Of a DNA stretch of 64,000 nt, positions 19,602-29,511 are shown in pieces. The stretch's first letter is position 1, and each line of letters opens with the position of its first letter. The position numbers and the translations under genes were made by a program. The notes under the pieces were generated by a model. It saw only the letters and a list, made by a program, of their open reading frames with translations, did no database searches and was not told where the DNA came from. Origin of the DNA: an uncultured Acidobacteriota bacterium (GTDB lineage Bacteria > Acidobacteriota > Thermoanaerobaculia > UBA5066); contig CAVZYA010000002.1 in assembly GCA_963779415.1 (NCBI GenBank), forward strand, positions 160,001 to 224,000, written 5' to 3'.

Positions 19602-21401
19602 ATGAGCTTCTCCATCAAGGTCGATCCTTCGACCTGGCAGCGCTACATCTCGACCCCGGTAAAGGGACTCGCGATCCTGATGGACCCCTTCACGAACAAG
19701 GGAACCGCTTTCACGGCGCAGGAGCGGGACGAGCTGGATCTCCACGGGCTCCTCCCCCCCGCCATCTGCACGATCGAGGAGCAGCTCCTGCGCGTCTACG
19801 AGAACTTCCTCCAGAAGCCGACGCCCCTCGAGAAGTTCATCTACCTGACGAGCCTCCACGACCGGAACGAGACCCTCTTCTTCCGCCTCGTCCACGAGCG
19901 GATCGACGAGATGCTCCCCATCGTCTACACGCCGGTCGTCGGCGAGGCGTGCCAGAAGTTCTCGCACATCTACCGCCGGGGCCGCGGCCTCTACGTCGGC
20001 TACGACCAGCGAAACAACATCGAGAGGGTCCTCTCGAACTTCCACACGAACGATCCGTCGGTGATCGTCGTGACCGACGGCGAGCGGATTCTCGGCCTCG
20101 GCGACCAGGGCGCCGGAGGAATGGGGATCCCGATCGGGAAGCTCTGCCTCTACACGATCTGCGCGGGCGTCTCGCCCTACTCCACGCTCCCGATCACGCT
20201 CGACGTCGGGACGAACAACGAGGAGCGGCTGAAGGACCCGCTCTATCTCGGCCTCCGGCACAAGCGGATCCGCGGGGAGGAGTACCAGGACTTCATCGAC
20301 CGGTTCGTGGCGGCCGTCCGGAAGGTCTACCCGCACGTCCTCCTCCAGTGGGAAGACTTCCTGAAGGGGAACGCGATCAAGCAGCTCGACCGCTTCCGCC
20401 ACTCGCTGCTGACCTTCAACGACGACATCCAGGGGACCGCGGCCGTCGTCCTCGCCGGGATCTATGGCGCCCTGAAGCTGACCGGAAAGCCGATGCGCGA
20501 CCAGCGCCTCGTCTTCGCCGGGGCGGGCGCCTCGACGCACGGCATCGCGGCGCTCTTCGTCTCGGCTCTCGTCGAGGACGGGCTCACGCCCGAAGAGGCG
20601 CGAGGGCGCGTCTGGATGGTCGACACGAAAGGCCTCGTCCTGACGGACCGGCCGGGGCTCGAGGACTTCAAGACGCTCTACGCCCGGGACTCCGGAGAGA
20701 CCCTCTCGTGGAAGGTCGCCGACCGCGGGCGAATCACCCTCGAGGAGACGGTCGCGAACGCGCGGCCGACGATCCTGATCGGCGTCTCCGCGACGCCGGG
20801 GACCTTCACCGAGAGCATCGTCCGTCTCATGGCCCGTCTCAACGAGAGGCCCCTCGTCTTCCCGCTCTCGAACCCCACCTCGAAGAGCGATTGCACCGCC
20901 GAGGAGGCCGTGAGGTGGTCGGACGGGCGGGCCATCGTCGCGACGGGAAGCCCCTTCCCGCCCGTGACGCTTGGAGGAAGGGCCTTCCGGATCGGCCAGT
21001 GCAATAACGCGTTCGTCTTCCCGGGCATCGGGCTCGGCGCCTGCGTCTCGCGCGCACGGCACATCAGCGACGGGATGTTCCTCGACGCGGCCAAGGCCCT
21101 TGCCGCGAACGTCACGGCCGAGGATCTCGCCGAGGGGGCCGTCTACCCCCGGCTTTCGCGTATCCGGGATTGCTCGCATTCCGTGGCGTGCGCCGTCATC
21201 CGCCGGGCGGTCGCGGAAGGGCATGCCGACGCGAGCGCCCTCGCGAACCTCGAAGAGTCGGTCCGCCGGGCGATGTGGTTCCCCGAGTACCTCCCGATCC
21301 GGTACGAACCGTGGGAGGACGCCGGACGTCACCGCGCAGCGGCCGTGCGGAAGGGAGCCGTCGAGGATCTGCAGGTGGAGGAGGTCCTGGTCGGGCGCTG
21401 A
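19602..21401 (+). CDS. maeA: NAD-dependent malic enzyme (large type)
   Basis: NKGTAF, PIVYTP, VTDGERILGLGDQG, GK, QWEDF, FNDDIQGT, GAGAS, PLSNPT, ATGSPF and QCNN motifs; RBS gaggagg before ATG 19602. Confidence 0.95.
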   Translation: MSFSIKVDPSTWQRYISTPVKGLAILMDPFTNKGTAFTAQERDELDLHGLLPPAICTIEEQLLRVYENFLQKPTPLEKFIYLTSLHDRNETLFFRLVHERIDEMLPIVYTPVVGEACQKFSHIYRRGRGLYVGYDQRNNIERVLSNFHTNDPSVIVVTDGERILGLGDQGAGGMGIPIGKLCLYTICAGVSPYSTLPITLDVGTNNEERLKDPLYLGLRHKRIRGEEYQDFIDRFVAAVRKVYPHVLLQWEDFLKGNAIKQLDRFRHSLLTFNDDIQGTAAVVLAGIYGALKLTGKPMRDQRLVFAGAGASTHGIAALFVSALVEDGLTPEEARGRVWMVDTKGLVLTDRPGLEDFKTLYARDSGETLSWKVADRGRITLEETVANARPTILIGVSATPGTFTESIVRLMARLNERPLVFPLSNPTSKSDCTAEEAVRWSDGRAIVATGSPFPPVTLGGRAFRIGQCNNAFVFPGIGLGACVSRARHISDGMFLDAAKALAANVTAEDLAEGAVYPRLSRIRDCSHSVACAVIRRAVAEGHADASALANLEESVRRAMWFPEYLPIRYEPWEDAGRHRAAAVRKGAVEDLQVEEVLVGR

Positions 21402-21429
21402 GAAGAAAACCTCGTATCCTTCACGTCCC

Positions 21430-22624
21430 ATTACTCCCGACCGCCCCACGTCCGCCTCCCCCGCGGAGCTCGCCCCCCAGGAGGTCGTCCTTCGCTTCCT
21501 GGAGAGCACCGGCCGCCCTTCCGAGGCGCGCTTCTACCTCGGTCTCTTCCGCGCGCGCCCCCGGGAGCAGTTCGCGGCGATCGCGATCGACGCCCACGTC
21601 ATGGCGGACGCATCAGACGCCGTCGCCCAGGACCTCCGGTTTCTCGCCGCTCTCGACCTTTTCCCCACCGTCGTGCTGGGGCTCTTCCAGCCTGCCGAAG
21701 CGGCCGGGCACGCCCGCTCCCTGCGACGCCATCTCGAGGCCGAGGGGGTCCGTGTCGAGGAGCTGTCGGCGACGACACCCGGGCTGGCTGCTCGCGTGAC
21801 GCTCTGCGCCGGAGGCGGCGCGGTGCCCTTCGTCGTCTTCGAGCCGGCTGCAGGCGAGGAGCCGGGTGACCGGCTCGAGCGGCTGGGCGTGCTCCTCGCG
21901 GAGCTTCAGGTTCGCAAGCTCCTCTTCCTCCACCGGCCCGGCGGACTGCGCCAGGGGGGCCTCCTCGTCCCGATCGTGAACCTCACGACCGACGTCCCCG
22001 CGCTCCTCGCGAGCCGGGAGATCTCGCGCAAGGAGGCGCTGATCCTCAAGCAGGCGCGCCGGCTCTGCGAGGAGGCGTCACCTCTCCCCCTCACCGTCGC
22101 CATCACCTCCCCGCTGAACCTCCTGCGGGAGCTGTTCACGGTCAAGGGGGCGGGCACCCTGCTCCGCCGCGGGGCGCGCATCGTGCGCCATGAAGGGTGG
22201 GAGGGAGTGGACGTCTCCCGTGTCCGGGAACTCCTCACGTCGAGCTTCGGCCGCGCGCCGGTGGAAGCCTTCTTCGCGAGGAGACCCTGCTGCGTTTATC
22301 TCGAGGAGAGCTATCGGGGCTGCGCGATCCTCACGGACTCGCCGCTCGGTGCCTACCTCACGAAGTTCGCCGTCTCGGCGGAGGCGCAGGGTGAGGGGAT
22401 GGCGCGTGACCTCTGGGAGGCGCTCGTGGCCGACACCCCCGTCCTCTTCTGGCGGGCCCGGCGGACCAATCCGATCAGCGAGTGGTACGTCAAGCTCTGC
22501 GACGGGCTCGTCCGCCTGCCCGACTGGACCGTCTACTGGAAAGGCCTCGGTCCCGGCGCGCATCCCTGCGGCGATCGACTGGGCGGTCGCCCAGCCGGTG
22601 GACATCTCGCGGAACGGAGAGTGA
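21430..22624 (+). CDS. N-acetylglutamate synthase/kinase-like protein (AAK fold + DUF619 NAT domain); 1-nt frameshift near 22555; start uncertain
   Basis: ELFTVKGAGTL linker and YLTKFAV...QGEG...W...FWRARRTNPISEWY NAT motif. The C-terminus IPAAIDWAVAQPVDISRNGE* is in the 22190..22624 frame. No ATG/GTG/TTG near the 5' end; ATT 21430 is a guess. Confidence 0.75.
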
Positions 22625-22668
22625 TAGTGGAGCTACCCGGAGAAGCGACACGGGGAGAGCCATTTAAG

Positions 22669-22746
22669 TGGTGCGCCCGCCGCGATTCGAACGCGGGACC
22701 TTCAGATCCGGAGTCTGACGCTCTATCCGGGCTGAGCTACGGGCGC
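22669..22746 (-). tRNA. tRNA-Arg (CCG)
   Basis: Reverse complement GCGCCCGTAGCTCAGCCCGGATAGAGCG-TCAGA-CT-CCG-GA-TCTGA...GTTCGAATC...GGGCGCACCA; full cloverleaf with encoded CCA. Confidence 0.97.
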
Positions 22747-22765
22747 CGAAAGCTCTCCAAAGAAC

Positions 22766-22842
22766 TGGGGTGAGAGACGGGATTCGAACCCGCGACCATC
22801 GGAGCCACAGTCCGATGCTCTACCGACTGAGCTACTCTCACC
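22766..22842 (-). tRNA. tRNA-His (GTG)
   Basis: Reverse complement GGTGAGAGTAGCTCAGTCGGTAGAGCA-TCGGA-CT-GTG-GC-TCCGA...GTTCGAATC...CTCTCACCCCA; includes G-1 and CCA. Confidence 0.97.
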
Positions 22843-22884
22843 ACGCTCGATCGGACCGCGGAGGATACCAGAAGGGAGGGGGCC

Positions 22885-22913
22885 TTGACTTCTGCTTCCG
22901 GCGGACCTAGCGT
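22885..22913 (+). promoter_or_regulatory. Sigma70-type promoter for the 22989 gene
   Basis: TTGACT-N17-TAGCGT. Confidence 0.6.
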
Positions 22914-22988
22914 ATTCACAGGGAATTCGGGAGACCTTTCAGGGGCCTCGTAAGTCGCGCCGCCTCACATCAAAAAAGGAAGGGCGCT

Positions 22989-23366
22989 ATGAAGCTGCGT
23001 CGCCGTTTTTCGGTTCTGGCTCTCGCAATCGCCACTCTGTTCGTCTTCTCGGCACCGCCGCTGGACGCCGGTATCCTCGCCTACGGCGCCCCTGAGATAC
23101 AGGCGCAGGCTGGAGCTCCCGTCAAGGCATACCTCGCCTACTTCACGACGACCCGGAGAACCACGAAAGCCGAGGAGATCGTCGTCACGATCGACTGGGG
23201 TGACGGGACGACCACCCAGGGCGGTTGCCTGGATGACCACAGCGGCCGGTTCTGGGTCTACGGAGACCATTCCTATGCCGATTCGGGGGTCTACAAGGTA
23301 AAGGTCCAGATCTTCGACACGATCATGGGATTCGGGACGAAGGACATCCACGCCGGCGTCATGTAG
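22989..23366 (+). CDS. Small secreted PKD/Ig-like domain protein
   Basis: Signal peptide; IDWGDGTT...GDHSYADSGVYKVKVQIFD PKD-like signature. Confidence 0.75.
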   Translation: MKLRRRFSVLALAIATLFVFSAPPLDAGILAYGAPEIQAQAGAPVKAYLAYFTTTRRTTKAEEIVVTIDWGDGTTTQGGCLDDHSGRFWVYGDHSYADSGVYKVKVQIFDTIMGFGTKDIHAGVM

Positions 23367-23389
23367 GAAAGAGGGACCACGGCCCTCGG

Positions 23390-24691
23390 TCAGGCGCGCC
23401 TCGAAAGGGCGCGCGCGAGGACCCGGCCGAGCCGCCGGATCCCTTCCTCGATGACATCCGGCGGCGCGTAGGAGAAGTTCAGCCTCATCGACTCGTGCGC
23501 TCCCCCCGCCGGGTGAAAGGGGGCGCCCGGAACGAAGGCGACCTTCTCGGAGAGAGCCTCTTTCAGGACCTCCGCCATGTCGGTCCCTCTCGGCGCCGTC
23601 GCCCATAGGAAGAGCCCTCCCTTCGGCCGGGTCCAGCGGACGCCGGGAGGGAAATGCCGGTCGAGGGCCGTGAGCATGGCGTCACGCCTCGCGCCGTAGA
23701 CGGCGCGAAGCCGCTTCACGTGCTGGTCGAGGAATCCTCCACGAGCCACCTCGTACGCGACGTGCTGGCAGAACGTGCTCGTGTGGAGGTCCGCCGCCTG
23801 TTTGATCTGGACGAGCTTCCGCACGACCGCCTCGGGCGCGACGACCCACGCGATCCGGAGGCCCGGCGCGAGGGTCTTCGAGAGCGTCGAGAGATAGATG
23901 ACGTTCCCGCTGAAGGCCCGCTCGCCCCCCGCGCAGCCCCGGAACTCCGCGTCGAGCGCCACGAGCGGCCGGATGTGATCCCCTTCGTATCGGAGCTGGC
24001 CGTAAGGGTCGTCCTCCACGATCGGCGTGCCGTAATGGTTCGCCAGCTCCACGAGGCGCCGGCGCCGGTCGAGCGAGAGGGTCGTCCCGCCCGGGTTCTG
24101 GAAGTTCGGCAGAACGTAGAGGAACTTCGGGCCGGCGCGGAGCTTCTCCTCGAGGCGGTCGACGATGAGGCCGTCGTCGTCCGTCGGGACCGAAAGGAAG
24201 TCCGCTTCTTCCGCCCCGAAAGCCTGAAGCGCCCCGAGGTACGTCGGCTCCTCGCAGAGGACGCGATCGCCCGGGTTGAGAAAGAGGCGCGCGATCAGGT
24301 CGAGAGCCTGTTGCGACCCCGTCGTCACGAGGACGTTCTCCACCCCGACGCGGATCCCGTAGCGGGCCATGTGGCGGACGAAGAGGTCGCGGAGCGGCGT
24401 CAGTCCTTCCGTCGTCCCGTACTGAAAAGCCCCCTCCGCCCCGCTCGTCGCGATCCGCCCGACGGCTGCCGCGATCTCCGCCCGGGGAAAAAGCTCCCCG
24501 GCCGGGAGCCCTCCGGCGAAGGAGATCACGTCCGGGGCCTCGGTCAGCTTGAGAAGCTCGCGGATGACCGAGCTCGTCATCCCGTGCGTTCGCCGGGAAT
24601 AGCGCTCTTCCCACGGCGTCGTCGCCGGGACCTCACGGGAGGAGTCGGTCCGGACGGTTGACGAGAGAGGCGGCGCGACGATCGGGACCAT
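23390..24691 (-). CDS. PLP-dependent class I aminotransferase (LysN/ARO8-like)
   Basis: SSVIRELLK, ISFAGGLP, QYG, TGSQQAL, NFQNPGG, EDDPYG, TLSKTLAPGLR and GGLFLW motifs; RBS gagga before ATG 24691. Confidence 0.92.
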   Translation of the reverse strand: MVPIVAPPLSSTVRTDSSREVPATTPWEERYSRRTHGMTSSVIRELLKLTEAPDVISFAGGLPAGELFPRAEIAAAVGRIATSGAEGAFQYGTTEGLTPLRDLFVRHMARYGIRVGVENVLVTTGSQQALDLIARLFLNPGDRVLCEEPTYLGALQAFGAEEADFLSVPTDDDGLIVDRLEEKLRAGPKFLYVLPNFQNPGGTTLSLDRRRRLVELANHYGTPIVEDDPYGQLRYEGDHIRPLVALDAEFRGCAGGERAFSGNVIYLSTLSKTLAPGLRIAWVVAPEAVVRKLVQIKQAADLHTSTFCQHVAYEVARGGFLDQHVKRLRAVYGARRDAMLTALDRHFPPGVRWTRPKGGLFLWATAPRGTDMAEVLKEALSEKVAFVPGAPFHPAGGAHESMRLNFSYAPPDVIEEGIRRLGRVLARALSRRA

Positions 24692-24815
24692 CAGGTCCTC
24701 CCCGGGGAGAGATCCCCTTTCACACGTATCGCACCGGAAGGGCCAGGGCGCCATGAGGCAAAGATCCCAGGCCCCGGTTTTCGCCCGGAGCCGTCTCCCC
24801 TCAGAATGTTCCGCC

Positions 24816-25601
24816 ATGACCGACGAACCGGAACGGGGGGACGTCTGGGTCCTCGAGGGGCCGGGAGGGGGCGACTCCGCCTTCCCAAGGCTCTCCCCCG
24901 CTTCTCTCTTCGAGCTTCTGCAGACGGCCGCCGCCGAGCATGCCGAGGCTCTCGGCGTCGGCGGGGACTCCCTGCGGGAGCAGCGCCTCGCGTGGGTTCT
25001 CGTCCAGTGGTCCCTCGAGATGGCGTCGTGGCCCGACGCCGGAGAGGCCCTCCGGATCGAGACGTGGCCGTCCGGCTATACGGATCGGATCGTCCGCCGG
25101 GACTTCTTCGTCCGCTCCTCCGGCGCAACGCCGATCGGCCGCGCCACGAGCCACTGGGCGATGATCGATCTCGACCGGCGCCGTCCCGTCCGGATGCCCG
25201 AGGCCGTCCGGACCATTCGGACGCCGGTGCGTCCCGGCGCGCTCGACGCGCCCCTCGCGAAGTTCCCGGCGCCGGACCCGCCGGTTTTCGTCCGGACCTT
25301 CCGCGTCTCCGGCGAGCACCTCGACGCGAACGGCCACGTGAACAACGTCCGCTTCGTGGAGTGGGTCCTCGCTTCCGTTCCGGCCGAGGCTGCCGCGCGC
25401 CCGCTCGCCGGCGTCGACCTCTCCTTCCGAGCCGAGGGACGTGAGGGGGAGACGCTGACGGTCGCGTGCGGCCCCGATCCCGCGCCCCCGCCCGGCCGTC
25501 TCGCCTTCCGTCACCGCATCGCGGCCGGTACGCGGGAGCTTCTCCTCGCACGGAGCGTCGCGCTCGCGGACAACGCCCCTGCCGGAATTGATCGTTTGTA
25601 G
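24816..25601 (+). CDS. Acyl-ACP thioesterase (double hot-dog)
   Basis: LQTAAAEHA, LAWVL, IETWP, RDF, ATSHWAMID and HLDANGHVNN motifs. Confidence 0.88.
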   Translation: MTDEPERGDVWVLEGPGGGDSAFPRLSPASLFELLQTAAAEHAEALGVGGDSLREQRLAWVLVQWSLEMASWPDAGEALRIETWPSGYTDRIVRRDFFVRSSGATPIGRATSHWAMIDLDRRRPVRMPEAVRTIRTPVRPGALDAPLAKFPAPDPPVFVRTFRVSGEHLDANGHVNNVRFVEWVLASVPAEAAARPLAGVDLSFRAEGREGETLTVACGPDPAPPPGRLAFRHRIAAGTRELLLARSVALADNAPAGIDRL

Positions 25602-25622
25602 ATATATAACCGAAAAACGATC
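25590..25622. promoter_or_regulatory. Inverted repeat around an AT-rich patch upstream of the multiheme cytochrome
   Basis: GATCGTTT-N17-AAACGATC enclosing GATATATAAC. Confidence 0.45.
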
Positions 25623-25720
25623 CCACGGTGACCGGCGTCACGGGCGCGCGGGTGGGATCCGAGTGCCCGTTCCCCACTTCGCACGAAGACGGCGGCTCCC
25701 GACGAGCCGCGGGAGGGTGT

Positions 25721-27880
25721 ATGGGTCGACGTGTATTCGCCGGTGTCGCGCTCCTTGTCGTGACGGTGGCCATGTCCGCGCTTGTTCTCGGCCTCGCGGG
25801 CGCCGCAGGAGGGACCGGCTGGACCGTCGTCGGCTGGAACAATCTCGGGATGCACTGCATGGACGCCGATTTCAGCGTCTTCGCGATCCTCCCCCCCTAC
25901 AACACGATCCAGGCCCAGGTGATGGATCCGACGGGGGCGCTCCTCACGAGCGCGTCTGGCGTCACGGTGACGTACGAGGGGATCGCCGACTCGACGGGAT
26001 CGATCAACACGACGTCCGCCGAAAAGACGAACTTCTGGGACCACGTCCATGATCTCTTCGGCGTCACGCTCGGGGTCAACGCCGGCCTGAAGGGAAAGAA
26101 CATGCCGGGGGCCGGGAACCCGTCCCAGCCGATGACGTTCGACCCGGCGCTGAACTGGTTCATCGCCGAGGGAATTCCGATCACGCCCTATGACGACGCG
26201 GGGAACAAGAATACCTACCCCCTCATGCGGGTGAAGGCGCGCAACGCCTCGGGAGCGCTCCTCGCCTCGACCGACATTGTCCTTCCCGTTTCCGACGAGA
26301 TGGACTGCACGGCGTGCCACGCTTCCGGCAGCGTCGCTGCGGCGAAGCCGTCGTCGGGATGGGTCTTCGACCCGAATCCCCAGCGCGATTACCGGCTCAA
26401 CATCCTCAGGCTCCACGACGACCGGAACCTCGGCAATCCGGTCTACCTCGCGGCCCTGATCGCCGCCGGATACAACGGCGCGGGGCTCTATCAAACCGTC
26501 ACCGTCGACAACAAGGCCGTCCTCTGCGCGAACTGTCATCTCTCCGAGGCCCTGGCCGGCTCCGGTCGCCCCGGAATCTCGGCGCTCACGCGCGCCGTGC
26601 ACACCCGCCACTCGGGCGTCATCGACCCGACGAACGGCCTGCCGCTCGACAGCACCCTGAACCGTTCGGCCTGCTACCGCTGCCACCCCGGCTCGACGAC
26701 GCGCTGCCTCCGCGGCGTCATGGGCGCGGCAGTCGCGGCGGACGGCTCGCTGGAGATGCAGTGCCAGAGCTGTCACGGCCTGATGTCGGCCGTCGGCTCC
26801 CCGTCGCGGACCGGATGGCTGGACGAGCCCTCCTGCGGCAATTGCCACACGGGGACGGCCGTCGTTAACAGCGGCCAGATCCGCTATACGTCCGCGCTCA
26901 CCTCCGGGGGAACCCGCCGCGTCCCGGCCGATCCGACGTTCACGACGAACGCGAACACGCCCGCGGCCGGCTTCTCTCTCTACCGCTTCTCGAAGGGACA
27001 CGGCGGCCTCCAGTGCTCCGCCTGCCACGGCTCGACGCACGCCGAGTACCCCGCCGCCCACCCGAACGACAATCTCCAGTCCCTCGCCCTGCAGGGACAC
27101 GTCGGGACGATCGGGGAGTGCGCCACGTGCCACAACGCGAGCCCCCAAACGACGAACGGCGGCCCGCACGGAATGCACCCCGTAGGCGCCGCCTGGGTCT
27201 CCGCTCACGCGGACGCCGCCGAAGGCGGCCGCACGGCCTGTAAGGCCTGCCACGGCACCGACTACCGGGGCACCGTCCTCTCCCGCGCCTTCGCAATCCG
27301 GACGCTCTCCACCCGGTACGGAACGAAGTCGCTCTGGCGCGGCTTCACCGTCAGCTGCTACCTCTGCCACAACGGGCCGGGGGGCGAGGGGACCAGCCCG
27401 AACCATCCGCCGGTCGTGACGAATCTCGCCGTGACGGCGGCACCGAACGTCCCGAAGGCGATCGCCCTCTCGGCGACGGACGCGGACGGCGACCCGTTGA
27501 CCCTCCGGATCGTGAATCAGCCAGCGAGCGGAAGTTCGGGCCTCGCCGGAATGACGGCGACGTACCATCCTCCCGCCGGTTTCACGGGGATCGACACCTT
27601 CACCTACGCGGCGTGGGATGGTTCATCCGACTCGAATCTCGGCACAGTGACCGTGACGGTCGGCAGCCCGCCGGGACCGACGCCGACGCCGACACCGGTA
27701 GCGACGAGGACGCCGACGCCCGGACCGACCGCGAGCCCCACCCGGACGCCAACACCCGGGCCGACGGCTACTCCCACCCGCACTCCGACGCCCGCCCCCA
27801 CGGCCACGAGGACCCCCAGGCCGACGCGGACGCCGACGGTCACGCCGACACCGACCCCGACGCACCGCCGCGACGACTGA
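25721..27880 (+). CDS. Secreted multiheme c-type cytochrome (9 CxxCH) with Ig/cadherin-like domain and Pro/Thr-rich tail
   Basis: Signal peptide; [10 protein letters not shown]-domain; CTACH, CANCH, CYRCH, CQSCH, CGNCH, CSACH, CATCH, CKACH and CYLCH; [10 protein letters not shown]...FTGIDTFTY Ig-like repeat; (PTRTPTPG)n tail. Confidence 0.9.
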   Translation: MGRRVFAGVALLVVTVAMSALVLGLAGAAGGTGWTVVGWNNLGMHCMDADFSVFAILPPYNTIQAQVMDPTGALLTSASGVTVTYEGIADSTGSINTTSAEKTNFWDHVHDLFGVTLGVNAGLKGKNMPGAGNPSQPMTFDPALNWFIAEGIPITPYDDAGNKNTYPLMRVKARNASGALLASTDIVLPVSDEMDCTACHASGSVAAAKPSSGWVFDPNPQRDYRLNILRLHDDRNLGNPVYLAALIAAGYNGAGLYQTVTVDNKAVLCANCHLSEALAGSGRPGISALTRAVHTRHSGVIDPTNGLPLDSTLNRSACYRCHPGSTTRCLRGVMGAAVAADGSLEMQCQSCHGLMSAVGSPSRTGWLDEPSCGNCHTGTAVVNSGQIRYTSALTSGGTRRVPADPTFTTNANTPAAGFSLYRFSKGHGGLQCSACHGSTHAEYPAAHPNDNLQSLALQGHVGTIGECATCHNASPQTTNGGPHGMHPVGAAWVSAHADAAEGGRTACKACHGTDYRGTVLSRAFAIRTLSTRYGTKSLWRGFTVSCYLCHNGPGGEGTSPNHPPVVTNLAVTAAPNVPKAIALSATDADGDPLTLRIVNQPASGSSGLAGMTATYHPPAGFTGIDTFTYAAWDGSSDSNLGTVTVTVGSPPGPTPTPTPVATRTPTPGPTASPTRTPTPGPTATPTRTPTPAPTATRTPRPTRTPTVTPTPTPTHRRDD
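27668..27863 (+). repeat. Pro/Thr-rich coding tandem repeat (cytochrome C-terminal tail)
   Basis: Imperfect repeats encoding [11 protein letters not shown]-like units. Confidence 0.8.
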
Positions 27881-27937
27881 GGCTGATCCTTCTCCCCCGG
27901 GCTTCCCCGCCCGGGCGGCCTGGCCGGGCCCGTGAGG

Positions 27938-28861
27938 TCAGACCGCTCGGGCTTCCATGAGAATGCGCTCGATCTCGGCGTCCTTGGCTTCCCAGATTCT
28001 CCGGACGTCAGCCTGGATACGTTCGCGGAAGGCGGCATCCTCCTGGTAGTCACCCGTGAACCAGTCGGGCGGGATCGGAATCTCGCGGGCGCGTACGACG
28101 ACCCGAGGAACGCCACGCGAGAGCAGGTCCCAGACGGTCGGCCGGCCGCCGGGGTAAACGATCGTCACGTCGAGAAGCGAGCGGAGTGTCGGACCCATCG
28201 CCGTCGCCGTGAAGGCGACGCCCCCCGTTTTCGGCGGGAGGAGGTGGCGGAAAACGTTCCCGGACCGCGCCTGCTTCTCGGGAGTGAAGCGGGTTCCTTC
28301 GGCGAAATTCAGGATGGAGACCGGAACGTCCCGGAAGCGCTCGCACGCCCGACGCGTCGTCTCGAGATCCTCCCGGCGCTTCTCCGGGTGCTTCTCGAGG
28401 AACTCCTTCGAATGCCGCTTCATGAACGGGAAGTCGAGGGCCCACCAGGCCGCCCCGAGGACCGGCACCCAGATCAGTTGTTGCTTGAGGAAGAAGCGAA
28501 GGAACGGGATCCGGCCGAGGAAGACCCGCTGGAGGACCGGGATGTCGACCCCGGACTGGTGGTTGGGAACGACGAGATAGGACGCGTCGCGCCGGAGGGA
28601 CGAGGGCAGCTCGACCTCCCAGCGCGTCGGCTGTGTGATCGCGAGCCCCCACGAGTTCACGGCGATCCACGACTCGCCGATGGCGACGAGCCCTCGCGAG
28701 GAGAGCCGCCGCCAGGCCGGAACGGGGACGACGAGCTTCGCGAGCGTCAAGGCGAAGAGAAGCGCACACCAGAAGAGCGTATTCAAGACGAAGAGGAGAA
28801 ACGTCAGCGACCCGACGAGAAGGCGGACGGGCGCTGGGGCGGGGCGGTACCCGGCGGACAC
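27938..28861 (-). CDS. yihG: YihG-like lysophosphatidic acid acyltransferase (PlsC superfamily)
   Basis: NHQSGVDI, FFLKQQLIWVP, WWALDFPFMKR, FAEGTRF, LLPPKTGG and DVTIVY motifs. Confidence 0.9.
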   Translation of the reverse strand: MSAGYRPAPAPVRLLVGSLTFLLFVLNTLFWCALLFALTLAKLVVPVPAWRRLSSRGLVAIGESWIAVNSWGLAITQPTRWEVELPSSLRRDASYLVVPNHQSGVDIPVLQRVFLGRIPFLRFFLKQQLIWVPVLGAAWWALDFPFMKRHSKEFLEKHPEKRREDLETTRRACERFRDVPVSILNFAEGTRFTPEKQARSGNVFRHLLPPKTGGVAFTATAMGPTLRSLLDVTIVYPGGRPTVWDLLSRGVPRVVVRAREIPIPPDWFTGDYQEDAAFRERIQADVRRIWEAKDAEIERILMEARAV

Positions 28862-28993
28862 TGCTCGCCAATCCTATCGAGATTCCCCTTCTATACTGAC
28901 CTGAGAATGGCGCCCCGCCCTTACCAAAGCCCTCGCCACGGCCACAAGACGCTGCTGCGTCCGGCGCCTCACGTATCCCGAGGGCGACGGCGT

Positions 28994-29497
28994 TTGGAGG
29001 GTCGCTTCCTCGGGATCGTGGCGCTGTGCTCCGTTTTGGCGACGCTGGCCTGTCAGGACAAGTCGCCGACAGAGCCGGCGGCCGTGGCTCCGACGCCGAC
29101 GTTCACGCCGACGCCGACAGCGGGATCCGCCTACACGCCGACGATCATTCCCGTCACACCTACGGCAACACCCGCGGGATCGCCAACCCCGACCCCGGCG
29201 GTCGGGAGTTCGCCTGCGACGCCGACTCCGACAGCAGCCGCGTCGACGCCGACGCCCGCAGGGTCCCTGACACCGACGCCGGCGATCTCTCCGACCTCGA
29301 CGCCCGCCGGGACGCCGGTTTCGCCCACGGCGACGCCAGCCATCTCACCCACGCCGACCGGGCTCGTTGGTAAGGCGAGCCCCACGCCGACGCCCGCGCC
29401 TTCGGTCACGGGGACGATCGCCCTGACGCCGACCGCGTACACGACGCCGACGGCGGGCGCCCCGGCCACGCCGACCGGCGGTGTCGGGAAAGGCTGA
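28994..29497 (+). CDS. Pro/Thr-rich low-complexity lipoprotein
   Basis: TTG start gives MEGRFLGIVALCSVLATLAC (lipobox); the rest is almost entirely TPTP/SPTP repeats. Alternative ATG at 28907. Confidence 0.65.
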   Translation: MEGRFLGIVALCSVLATLACQDKSPTEPAAVAPTPTFTPTPTAGSAYTPTIIPVTPTATPAGSPTPTPAVGSSPATPTPTAAASTPTPAGSLTPTPAISPTSTPAGTPVSPTATPAISPTPTGLVGKASPTPTPAPSVTGTIALTPTAYTTPTAGAPATPTGGVGKG

Positions 29498-29511
29498 GCC
29501 GCAGGGTCTCT

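Noticed and set aside
27668-29480. Short tandem repeats as a CRISPR array
   Set aside because: Degenerate, in-frame Pro/Thr codon repeats with no constant repeat-spacer period; no cas genes.
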